Positions 52,991-64,000 of a stretch of 64,000 nt of DNA are shown piece after piece (within the stretch, counting starts at the first letter, position 1; the number at the start of each line of letters is the position of its first letter). This DNA comes from Cycas panzhihuaensis (taxonomy: Eukaryota > Plantae > Cycadophyta): the NCBI GenBank assembly GCA_023213395.1, contig CM041465.1, positions 9,238,001 to 9,302,000 of the forward strand. Reading direction: 5' to 3'. Under the pieces are notes generated by a model that was not told the DNA's origin, made no database searches, and saw only the letters and a program-made list of their open reading frames with translations. Made by a program: the position numbers and the translations under genes.

Positions 52991-55562
52991 AGTGGGAATG
53001 GACTTGGGACGCATCGACACAGGTTTGTTCAGGTATATGTTTTCACTTTTCTTACTTATGATTGCTAAGGTAATTTGGAGTAATTTGATTGACATATGCA
53101 CCCTACGCATTTGCTTGACTGCTTGCTCATAATGCATGTGCCTAACGGCACCCTTTAGCCTATGACGACTCACAGAGGGGGCATCCATAAGCGGATGCGA
53201 CACCCCGCATGGCGTCTGACCACTCACGATGTCTCCATGGTCTTTCGGGATGCTTTTGCCACTGTTTGCTCTTATTCTGACGTGCCACTTATGTTGCAAA
53301 CCCTTCCTAAGCTTTGGTTTAACCCTTAGTTAGGGCTCTTTGCACCATTTTGAGTACTTGCCTTTGCCTGGCCTTCCCGATTGATTTAATTCATGCTCAC
53401 CCTTGTTCTTACCTTAAAAGCGATTTTTATGACTTTTAGGTTGCTTTTTCTCTTTTTCAAATTTCGTTTGTCTGCGCAAACTTAGCGGTACCACAAAGTT
53501 CTTGATGGTACCGGTCGTCTGCAGTAAACTTAAGCGATGCCGCAGTTCTTGCGTGATCTGACGCTTAAAATTTGAAAAAAGAAACCACGACGATGGCGCG
53601 TTTTTAGAAGCTGGCGTGGCTCCGTACGATTGGGGGCGCCCCAAGGCCCCCAACGTTCACTTGCTATGCCCAAGGCATAAAAACCCTTTTTTCATTCATT
53701 TGCCTCATTCTTGAGTTCACTTTTCTAGACTTCTAAGCAAAAACTCTCTACAAAAAGACAAAGGAAAACACAGAAACTAAGGATTTTCATGTACAGCAGT
53801 TGAGCAGAGGTGAAGTGGGCTACTACCATTGGAGTTGCAGGGGCCATTCTTGCCCCTACGTTTCTCCACCACAAGCTTCACCTTCTCTCACAAATACTCA
53901 AAGTTCCAAGGCATTTCTTCACAAAAAAGACTACTCCAAAGGACAACTTCTAGCTCCCATCTTGCACCTGAGCTTCCTCCTTCCATCTTCTTGCAAAGGA
54001 CACTTAAAACCAGCCTTTAGACATTGTTTGTGCTGCTGCTCCAAGTAGCCAAGGTGCATGCATGCATGCTCTCCTTCATTCAAGGTATTTCTTGTCTCTT
54101 GTTGGTGCATTTTTTCCTTGCTTTTTGTTATTTTACTTGCAAGCTCTTCTCCTTCTTTTGTGTGTGCTTTCTTTGGGATCTCCTTTGTCATTTGATGCAA
54201 GTAACCTTAGCTAGTTGCGGCTTACTATAGTGTTGCCCTAGATTGGGTGCATTTTCTTGCATTTCCTTGAATCCCATCCTCTTCCTCTTAGCTTCCTCCT
54301 TCGCCATTTCCTAAGCTAATAGGCATAAAGGGTTTTCACGAGGATTTGAGGGAGATAGGCGGGGTTAGTCCCCATTGCCGTCCTTCTCCCCAAGGGTTCC
54401 GTCCCTTATCCTCTCCCCTTTAGCACCCGTGCTTTCTTAGGAAGCAGAGCTAGGAAGCCTTGGAGAGTTGGGTTGAGTTTCCCTCTTGGTGTAGGAAATT
54501 TGTTACTACATGACTCACCTTGTTGCATGCTAGCATTGTTTTCCCTATACCCTGTGGAGACCTCTCGTGGGTGAGTTAGCCATCCCGAGGCTACACTCAA
54601 TCCCATTTAGCATGTTTCGTGGTGTATGATAGCTTGCATGTTTCAAATGCGATTACATTTCATTTTCGTTACATGTTGGTGCTTAACTACATGTTTCTAG
54701 CGTAGTTGATTTCATTTTCAGTATATACACATATATCTTGTTGTGCTTCGTAGCCTCTCTCCCGAGAGGAAGGCGTTTGTTGGGATTGTTGGTGGGATTG
54801 CGTTGGAGGAATCATTCGCGAGATCGACCCATTCTTGGGTTACCCCCATATGGTATTTCTTCTCCCTTTTCGGTTGAGCTTTGCTTTCGTTTCCTTCATT
54901 TCGTTTAGTCCTTGCATGCTTTTGGGGAGGTAAGTGCACCACGTTCGTTGCCTGCGATCGACGTTGCATGCGCGAGAGGAGGAAAGGAGCGCAACCGAGG
55001 AGGGGAACTGCGTTCTACTCGGACGCCGTATCCAGGTATTTTCCACGTATCTCTCATATTTCCTTTATGCTTTTATGTCTCTTTGCATTTACTTTGATAG
55101 GTAAAGGAACATAAAGAAGAAGGAAAAATAATATTTATTTTACATTTGCCTTCTCGTATTACTTTGTTACATTGCATAACATAGGAATAGAAGGCTTGTT
55201 CGTTGTATCCTAGCCGCATTCTACCCCGTTTTCTTTACACTTTTGGTTGGTTGCCCCCCTCGTCGCCTTCTCATTGCCTTGAGAAGTAGCGACGCGCGAG
55301 GATTCTTTTCCCTTCCCGACCATCCGAAGGGTAGGAAGGCCTCGTCTTGCACGGCTACCTGGAAGCAACCAGGCACCTTACGATCCGTGCCGGCTTGCGC
55401 GGACGTCTGCGGTATGATCCTCGCTATTTAGCCTGTTTAGCGTATTGTTTTATGCCCTTCCCGCTAGGCGTTGGATCATTGCCCCGCGGAGAGCGTTTCA
55501 GTTTCCTTTATGGGGATTTTGTATATTGTTGTTAAAACGTTGATAATTTTGGGACTGGCTAT
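52991..55562 (+). mobile_element. Element J: GC/CpG-rich ~2.5-kb insertion, probably a long LTR or solo-LTR of a gypsy-type element
   Basis: Sharp composition shift inside D. PPT-like GAGGGGGCA near 53174. TATA-like CATAAAAACCC near 53676 followed by a CT-rich leader. Flanked by CTAGCT direct repeats (52985-52990 / 55563-55568). No clean TG...CA, so boundaries are uncertain. Confidence 0.5.
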
Positions 55563-58500
55563 CTAGCTCTAAGTAAAGTATTCTTCATGTTGTTATATTT
55601 CCTGTGTTAGGGCGTTTCAATATTATATTCTCCTATGCATACAACCCTATGTGGCACTATTTTATCATCTAATAAATGATTTTTTGTAGAAGACTTTGAT
55701 GGTATAAAGCTTAGCATCAATTTGGAGAAGTTTTTATTCAGATCTCAATGATTTTTCATCAATCTCATTAATTTTTTGTTTTTAGTTTTAAGTTCTATAA
55801 GTTGATCTTGTTTCAACCGAGTTTTGCTCTCCAATGGATAATCAAAACCATTACATATGACTATTCATATTATTTATTTTTGAACCATCTTATTAACAGA
55901 AGAAACGGTTCAGAATTTCATCCATTCTCTTAGGAGATATTTCCTCCAGATCAACAGTGATCTCGCAATTTTTACAAAACCCTTGTTGCTTGCATCTATT
56001 TTTTATGGATATATATTTATTTTTAATAATTAATTTTTGATTTCTTCTATGTTTTTTGGATTGACCATCAACTACAAATCCATTTGATCAATTTTCAAGA
56101 ATTTACTTAAGTTTATTTCATTTTTTAATAGATATATTCAATTGACTTTTGTGTGCTTGCATATATGATTAATATTTTCACTTTATATATATTATTTTAT
56201 ATAAAGTTTGGCTTACATTTAATCAAATTTGATTAATTTTTAAATATGTGGGTGTGCAATGTTTACGTTAGCCCCCTCCGCCATATTCTTTGGTCATATT
56301 AAGACTCATATGACCATGATCTTATCCGTTAAGGAGGCATACTTGAATGTATTATTAACTCCTTTTTATAATTTTAAGTTTTAAGAGGTTTAACCATATT
56401 TCATAAAATTTCGAGTCCTAGCCCCCTTAGGCTCTTAACCGCTAGTTTTATTGGTTCCCACATGACCCTCATCTTATTTGTTAATGGGCTTAAGGCCTTA
56501 ACCTTATTTTTCATTTTGATTTTTTTACCTAAAAGAAGATAGTTTACATTTTCAACTGTAACTTAATGCTGGAGAGTCAGTTTTGCGATCTGCTGAACTC
56601 GTTGGATTCCTGACTTAGAACTCTACAACCTAGTGTCCTTCTTTGCTTTATTTGAGCTAATTTCATAGTATTTTATCAGGTTAAAGTTGACATTTATTTA
56701 TTGTGCATATTTTAGTAACCATAAATGGGTCTGTTCACTGTTTCTTTAATAACTTGAGTTTTACAGCTCTATTTTTTAAATTACAAGAACCGTTGGAAAG
56801 GATTTTTAAAGATCTACACCTTGAACTAGTTTCATCTTAATTCGATACTATTTTTCAGGTGTTTAAATCTCCTCAACTCAAGCCTATATTTTAGTCCTAA
56901 TCATACACATTTTATAATATTTTGAGCCAATTTTTCATCTTAATCAAATATATTTAAGTCTTATTTATATAATAATAAGTTATTAATAATATTTATTGGA
57001 TTTTATAAGATTACAAAATGATTTTTAGACCTTTAGCTTTAACTTTGACTACTTGAAATTCATGAGGCCTACTTGGACTATTAGCAATAGTTAACCTAGG
57101 TTAACTATAACTTAATGCTTCATTAAGGTTAATTAGTGTGTGCAGGTGTGATGAATGGATGTGTCCATTGGCAAAAAGATATGACCTTATGTGGTACCAT
57201 TTTGGGGTATATATATTCATACCTCCTTGATATTTAAATCACCAACTCAAGATCATATGATCTCAACAATCTTTTCGTGCTTCATCTCACCTCTGAAACA
57301 CTTTGTATTATTTTATGTTTAATATATTAAAACATTGTGTTGGTGGGTTTTCTCTCTCGAAAGTTTACCATTATATATGTGGTGTTCAAGTCTCCTTATG
57401 AATGATCCTGGTGTGTAGTAGTCTCAGCCTCTGGTTGGATTGATAATGAACCTGCAACCTGTATATACACAAACTCTCATATGGTATTAGAGCCTAAGGA
57501 AGCAAGGAATGATGTTAGAACTTAGATTGAGGTTGGAAATGAGTGAACTTATTACTAACTAGTCAGATTCAGAGACTAGAGACCATAGATCAAACTAGCA
57601 CTGAAATAAGTGGCCATCTAAAGTTGGAAAACACATTAAGCTCCTCATATACTTATGGCACCAACATTTGAAATCTATATAGTGACGTTGGGCTTTAAAT
57701 CGAAGCCATACAATGATGTTGGGCTTATTTGGACATCACAAAGTAGTATTGGACATGAAGCACATGTATAACCAAACCAAAGTAATGCAGAAGACAACAA
57801 CCATATTAGAGACTACAACTTATGATTAGCAATCATCATTGTGGTACTTAAAATGGAAGATATTGATCTTATTTTTTACAGTCGGAGGTACAAAAATCGA
57901 ATACAATTATGTATGTTAAGATGCCACAATTTTCAGTTTATAAATCATGCTGGTTGATAAGTTGTATTGAGCATCTATTAATCATATTTGAAATATGTGA
58001 TTAATCGAATTCAATTTATCATTAAGCTGTTATCCTATACAAACTTAACAATCCATCAAATCGTTCAATATATCTATGCAAACGCGATGATCCATCAAAT
58101 CGTTCAATATAAATATAGTGAGGTGAAATCTTTGTATGGCACTTTTGGATGAAACATCAATTGCGTGGTATACAATACTTTAGGTGTACCATTGAGTCAC
58201 ATGATGATTAAAGTGACAAATATACAGCCATCATTTTGGAAACTTAATTTTTGATATATATTAGTCACCTTTTTATTAACACACAAGGTTTGAATTTGCA
58301 GGCTACGTAGCAAAAAAACATTAATCTTAATGATATAATATAGTTCAAGGGTGTAGATATATATTAATCATATTTTTTACAGCGTACGATTTTGAAAAAT
58401 CAAAATTGAAGAGATTATTCTTTTAAATATTCTTAATTCAATATATAAGGTTAAAACTTAGATTGAAATAGTTGAAAGTGATTTATTTGACCTTTTAAGG

Positions 58501-58795
58501 CACTTTATTTATCGCATCTAAGATTGGCCTCATAACCCGTAATATTCCTCTAAGAGATTTTATCTCTTTCGTCAAGAAGTTTGTAATGTCATAAGTGGTA
58601 TTTTTAATCTATTATTACTTCAATTGATGATAAAAGATATATTATCTTTAGAGAAGGTGTGAACCTTATATCAAATCTTAGTGAACTGATATACAGAGTG
58701 TTTAATTAAGCTTCGTAAAGTGTTAAGACAAGTGTAACAAGACTTATCATCATGATCAGTAATCAAGTGGAAGACGAATCAAAATATCTACAAAC

Positions 58796-61500
58796 ATGGA
58801 CCCTAAGACGACCATGTTGTTGTAAGTAATCTTTGACGGCACTAACTTTGGGGAGTGGAAATCCAACATAAAGCTTGTGTTGATGGTCCAGGAGCTTTGG
58901 GACCTAACTTGCGAGGCTCCACCCAAGAAAAAGGAAGGGGAACTTGATGTTGTGCCAGATAAACTTACACAGAGAAAGTAGCGTCATGCCACTAGTCTAC
59001 TAAAGCTCTCACTTGCCTTAGATCAAAGAACACTTGTTTACAAATTGAATATGCCACATGACATTTGGTAAACTCTTTGTGACACATTTAAACAAAAGAA
59101 GACAAACCGTTTGGTTATCTTATTGGGTGAACTGTTTAATTCTTTCATTGAGGATGAGAGTAGTATTAGCACCTACTTAAATAAGTTGACGAATATTGGG
59201 AATAAGCTGGAGGGAATTGAAGAAGACTTGATTAGCAATAAAATCCTATTTATAATCATCATGAATAAGTTGCCAGTAGCTTACAACACCTTTCAGACCA
59301 TGTATAACATTGACAAGATGTTGTAAGTTACCTCGTTTCAAAAATTGAAGGAACTACTTCTTACAAAGGAAGCTAAGCTCAAACATCATGAGTTTATGGG
59401 TTTAACTGATATTAGTCATGCCCTATCCTCAAAAGTTCAAAAGAATGAGGATGAAGATAGGGATAAATGTTCACATGAAGAGGTTATTAATAAAAGGAAA
59501 AGAAGAAATATATTGGTTTATATACCTACTACAAAAAGATGGGCCACAAAGAAAAGGACTACTCGATAAGGAAAAAGAATTTAAGGCAGACCAATAGAAA
59601 AGAGAAAATTGGAGTATTTTGTGTACAAGTATCAACTAACTTGAGAAAACAACATATCTCTCCTAAAAGGCAGAGTTTTGATGTGTTGAACCAAGATCTT
59701 AGCTAGACAAACGTCATACTCAATAATACTGATGTGGTACCAATAAAAAATGTTGAAACTGTCATAGTAAAAAGTGGTTATCTTGAGAAGCTGTGGTATA
59801 CACATAGAATGAATCAAAATCTTCGTTCTACTAAGGATACTTAGGTATACTCTCCCAAAGATAAGTCAGATGCAAAAGATAAAGTGATAGATGAAAAATT
59901 ATGTGAAAATCAAATAAATTTATTAAGGAGTAATCGTGGAAAAGCTAACGACAATCACATTTCTAAGTTTTGTTCTAATCAAGGTATTTGGTTAATCCCA
60001 CATGATAGTGTTGGCCATATAGAAAGTTGATACCCTAATTGACATGGCATTATGTAAAGTACAAATGCAACATATCCCATTCAACTTTGGGATAGAAGTT
60101 GTGAGAACTGTTGTTCACATTGTGAATTAGATTCCAACCTCTGTAGTTCAAAGTGTGATGCCACAGGAAAGATGGACCAGTCAGAACCCTTCCATTGAAA
60201 TAATCTTAGGGTGCATCGAAAATGCACTAATCTCTGACAAACAAATGAAGGAATCTGACCATAGTCGCAAAAGCTCTTTTATGGGACACTATGGAAACAG
60301 TCATAGACTATAAGATCTAGTGATGTATGTTGGAGCGCATGACACTAACTATCCCAAGGAAGTCCTCTTCCCAAATCACTTTGGGGCTTTTGGTGTAACG
60401 ACAACTTATGACAAGTGGTATCAGAGTGACCAGGGTTCAAAATTGGTCCTGTGTTACCGCAGTAGCGCACCTAGACATACGTGAAGGCAGGGCAGTGGCC
60501 GTCGAAGAACGCCATGGTGGACATGCATGTTGTGTAGGTATAGCCAACTCCTTGTGACAGGTGAGTGTTGGACTGCGTGACACTAACTATCCTGAGGAAG
60601 TCCTCTTCCCAAATCAACCTGGGGCTTTTGGTGTAATGGCAACTCATGACAATGTAGAAGTTTCTTCATTGTCAAGATATAAAATTCAATGAAGCATTAA
60701 CAGACCAGTTTAGTAAGCCTTTGCTAACAGAAGTTTGTTACCCCCCCTTCACGACATCTCCTAATCCTGCAAAGGTTAAGCTCCAAGAGGAAGATGAAGT
60801 AAAAGGTAATGAAAAACATTAGTTACTTGTTGAGGAGACGATAACCTCCTCTAAGTCATTATTAGCCATAATCGAGGATGTAATAAAAAGGTTGATTGAA
60901 ACTTAAACTACTAGTCAACTTTAAATGATGGAAGTCATTCACTCCCACGTTTCTGATTTATTATGGCAAATGAATCATTCTTGGAAAGTAGTTATGGAGA
61001 AGGAAAATGACTATTTACATGGAAATATCCCTTCTATACTAATTGACCTTGAGATGATGATTGTATCCATTGATTAGAAGCTAGTAAATAGGTCAAATGT
61101 AGTAGTTACACTTGGTGGAGAGTTATATCAAAATAATATTCAATCTTTATTTCTTAACCTATACTTGGGGAGATTGTATTAGGCACAAACCTCTAAGGTC
61201 ATTAAGAAAGGATAGGATAAACAATTGTGCTAGTTAAATTGCACTAATGGTACATACCTTATATTTGATTTGGACTTGTCTTCGGTTGATGGAATATTAT
61301 GACCTATAGAAGAAGCTCTTAATTTGGGAGAAGAGTACATGAAAGATCAAATATCAACATCAAAAGTTAGATACTAGTCAATTGTTCGAGAGGTGTTTGT
61401 TAAAAGCAAACTTTAAGTCAAATCTTCTTCGACCACTAATCAGGTTACGAATCAATTCACAAAGTTGTTGGATGAACGTCACTAGTTAACACTCAATAAG
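58796..61500 (+). pseudogene. Element K gag and fragmentary pol relic
   Basis: FDGTNFGEWKSNIKLVLMVQELWDL (gag), EVVRTVVHIVN*IPT (IN), NQVTNQFTKLL (RNase H end). Most of RT is missing. Confidence 0.75.
60328..60651 (+). mobile_element. TRIM (terminal-repeat retrotransposon in miniature), 324 bp, possibly Cassandra-related
   Basis: 86-bp LTRs at 60328-60413 and 60566-60651, both TG...CA. PBS TGGTATCAGAGT at 60416-60427. 152-bp non-coding interior. Perfect TSD ATGTA (60323-60327 / 60652-60656). Confidence 0.95.
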
Positions 61501-62742
61501 ATCATCCTTGAGGTGGGATTAGTCTACAGGTCAGATCTCTTGATTAATAGAGGATTTGGTTTTGCTTCATCCCCTATTCTCATTAAGAGGGGATGTTAGC
61601 GAGAGTTAACTTAGGTTAACTATAACTTAATGCTTCATTAGGATTAATTAGTATGTGCATGTATGATGAACGAATGTGTCCATTGGTGAAAAGACATGAT
61701 GAAAAGATATGACCTTGTCTGGTACCATTTTGGGGTATACATATTCATACCTCCTTGATATTCAAATCACCAACTCAAGATCATGTGATCTCAACAATCT
61801 TTTAGTGCTCCATCTCACCTTTAAAACACTTTGTATTGTTTTATGTTTAATATATTAAAACATTGTGTTGGTGAGTTTTCTCTCTTGGGAGTTTCCCATG
61901 ATATATTTGGTGTTCGAGTCCTCTTATGAATGATCCTGGCATGTAGCAGTCTCGACCTTTGGTTGCATTGATAATCAACCTACAACCTACATATACACAA
62001 ACTCTCACATGGACCAATAAGACAAATCAATACTTCTTACCTTGACTATTCTCTTTATTTAACACTTTCATCTAAATTTAGAATATTTCTTGAATATATT
62101 TGATCATTTAACGTATTAAATCTTTTTGAAAATTTCAAGGTTATAACTAATTTATAAACTTATAAAGGAGCTTTTCATTATTTCATTTGCATTATTATAA
62201 AGAATATTTACAACAATCTTCATACATCTTAAAGTTCATTGGTTCATTAGTCAAAGAAGCTTTCTTAGTTATCTTAAAGTCATATTTTAAAGCTTGAGAA
62301 GTACATAGCAAAGGCATAGTTACAATTTTCTTTTTATTTATTTAATACTTTCAAGGTTCACTTAACATTCTTGATTTAAGGGCATTAAAATATTGAAAGC
62401 TTCATTGATTCATTGTATCACTTAGAGAAGGTGCACATAGTTTCTTATGTACTTTATTTTTAAGGAGCATTTTTCAATTTGAAAGATATTGACTTGTATA
62501 TTGGCATTCATTTTAATTTATTAAGAAAGAATATCTTGATCATTTACTTGATTTTGTCATAGTAAATTGATACAAAAGTATTGCTTATCATTTTTCATTT
62601 GAAATATTTAGTCTTGCTTAAAGTTTTTTTTATTTAATTTCTTATTTTAGAAATGAACCTTTATTATTTAAGAAAGACATATACTATTATTGTTCTCACA
62701 TTAAATAAAATAATCGCCCAAATCAACCACCCATTTTTCTAG

Positions 62743-63104
62743 CCTTGCAAGGGGAATGGTTATGACCCTTGAAGTTACCACTATGCACACACCTTTGGCT
62801 TACTCATATTAGATGAAGAATATCGCTGGCTATCACATGTATTAGGTGGTAGTTTAAAGTATAAAACCTATCTATGTTTAAAGTTCAAAGACCAAGGCTA
62901 GACCTAGAGAGGGTGAGTGCTTTAGTTAGTAAAGCCATCACCACAGCATCTGTTGTTAGGCATAAGACCAATGTAGATGGACCAACAAGTTAGGGAGGTC
63001 TAACCACCTTCTTAGTAGCCCATGTACTAAGGCATATCGAGCTTAGATCTCACGTATATGTATATTAGGTCCCTAGTTTGCCACTTGTGGGCGGGCGCCA
63101 CTAG
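62743..63104 (+). pseudogene. Homologue in element D of C's putative accessory-gene terminal exon
   Basis: Acceptor TTTTTCTAG at 62742. PCKGNGYDP*SYHYAHT...GGLTTFLVAHVLRHIELRSHVYVY*VPSLPLVGGRH-stop, with small frameshifts. Confidence 0.6.
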
Positions 63105-63107
63105 ACA

Positions 63108-64000
63108 TGATAGTGTTTCCTGTCTCCAGAGAATGGGTTCTTGGCAAGTCGACTTAGGTAAGTGTAGGTATGCTTCTATCCCTTGCCTTTATTATTTCTC
63201 TAAAAAGGTAAATAGAAGCATCATTTCATTGCATAGCTAACTGACACATGTGAGTGATTATCTTGCACCTGTTGCTTGATCATACTACTTGTTACTCTTT
63301 AAACCTATGATGATCAGTGGGACATGCATCCCCATGGCACTCCACAATCCTCTTATGCACCTCCACATTATCCTAAGCACCACTCAACCCATGTGATCCG
63401 TCATACCCTGTGCCATATCACAACCCTTAGCACCCCGCTGAGTGTGATTGGTTTATCCTTATGCTAGTTATCAGTTTCCTAAGAGTTTTGCCACTTCGAT
63501 ACCCTATCCAGTTTAGGTCATCTTCTCTGTTTGACTATCCCCAGACATCTGGACAGAGGGCTGGCTCCTCTTAGGCCTGGGGTGCCTCCCTTAAGACTCC
63601 CAGGCACACTCCTTTTGGCTTATTTTGGACTCTGTCACCACACCATAATAAATGTCGTGGTACAACGGTAAACTTCACGGTACCGTGAAGTTTGCTGCAG
63701 GGCGACTGTCATAACTTATTTTTTAAATCTGTCGTGGAAATTTTCACTTTTTTCGTGAAATTTCCATGTGGCTTTGGCACCTCTCGAGCCCTACCTCAAC
63801 CCTAATCATCCATTCAGCCTAGGGTTAGGTATAAAGCCCAAAACAACCTCATTTTCCACCTCTTCTTCCACCTTCCTTTCTCTCTTCTTTCTCTTTCATA
63901 GGAGTTTTCTATAGGGGTGCCTTGCAACACTCAAGTTCCCTGTGTTCTAGCTTGAGATCTACCCATTGCAGCTCTGATCTGTGGCAGCAAGCTCACCAAC
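63108..64000 (+). mobile_element. Element L: start of another long LTR, truncated by the window edge
   Basis: Homology with C stops at CTAGACA (63107) and TGATAGTG begins. Higher GC. TATAAA near 63830 followed by a CT-rich leader. Confidence 0.6.

Larger units (their letters stand above)
57079..62009 (+). mobile_element. Element K: heavily deleted Ty1/copia nested in D
   Basis: LTRs at 57079-57481 and 61594-62009. Perfect TSD TGGAC (57074-57078 / 62010-62014). PBS at 57482-57493. PPT ATTAAGAGGGGA at 61582-61593. Confidence 0.94.
51381..63107 (+). mobile_element. Element D: 5' part of an LTR element related to copia C, interrupted by J, K and L; likely continues beyond the window
   Basis: LTR 51381-51705 shares TAATNCCTAATG, CCTCCC-AAAAACT and GGGAATGCCTCCTTGGTGTTTTTT with C's LTR. 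PBS TGGTATTAGAGC at 51708-51719. Internal blocks homologous to C's pre-gag region, most clearly 62698-63107 vs 19968-20379. Confidence 0.8.

Noticed and set aside
53414-55535. Cluster of short ORFs in the GC-rich insert
   Set aside because: No domain motifs; consistent with non-coding LTR sequence.
58051-58111. Direct repeat ATCCATCAAATCGTTCAATATA (period 39)
   Set aside because: An ordinary local duplication in K's leader with only two copies.
1-64000. CRISPR arrays, prokaryotic operons, rRNA/tRNA genes
   Set aside because: No regularly spaced repeat-spacer array. The TGGTATCAGAGC motifs are retroelement PBSs, not tRNA genes, and the 5S-like motif is only a short fragment inside TRIM LTRs.

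Overview
This is AT-rich, TE-dense eukaryotic nuclear DNA, almost certainly from a large-genome land plant. A non-flowering lineage such as a lycophyte, fern or gymnosperm is plausible but is inference only. One host gene fragment is visible: coding exon 1 of an ITN1-like ankyrin-repeat gene (11235-10818, minus strand) in a CpG-rich island. Its first intron appears to run >10.8 kb off the left edge of the window. Most of the rest is decayed, nested LTR retrotransposons. Seven have both termini and a 5-bp TSD readable by eye: A 1476-7068, C 16376-25174, E 26915-40883 (containing F 30611-38226), G 43487-51086 (containing H 46756-50980) and K 57079-62009. K carries a 324-bp TRIM with a 5S-rRNA-like motif and sits inside D (51381-63107+). 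The most unusual signal is in the related elements C (Ty1/copia) and D. Both carry a multi-kb, sense-strand, apparently intron-containing extra gene after the PBS, upstream of gag in C. Its last ~120-codon exon is conserved between the two copies with many synonymous differences and matches no retroelement domain I recognise. All alignments and counts were done by eye, and no database searches were run.
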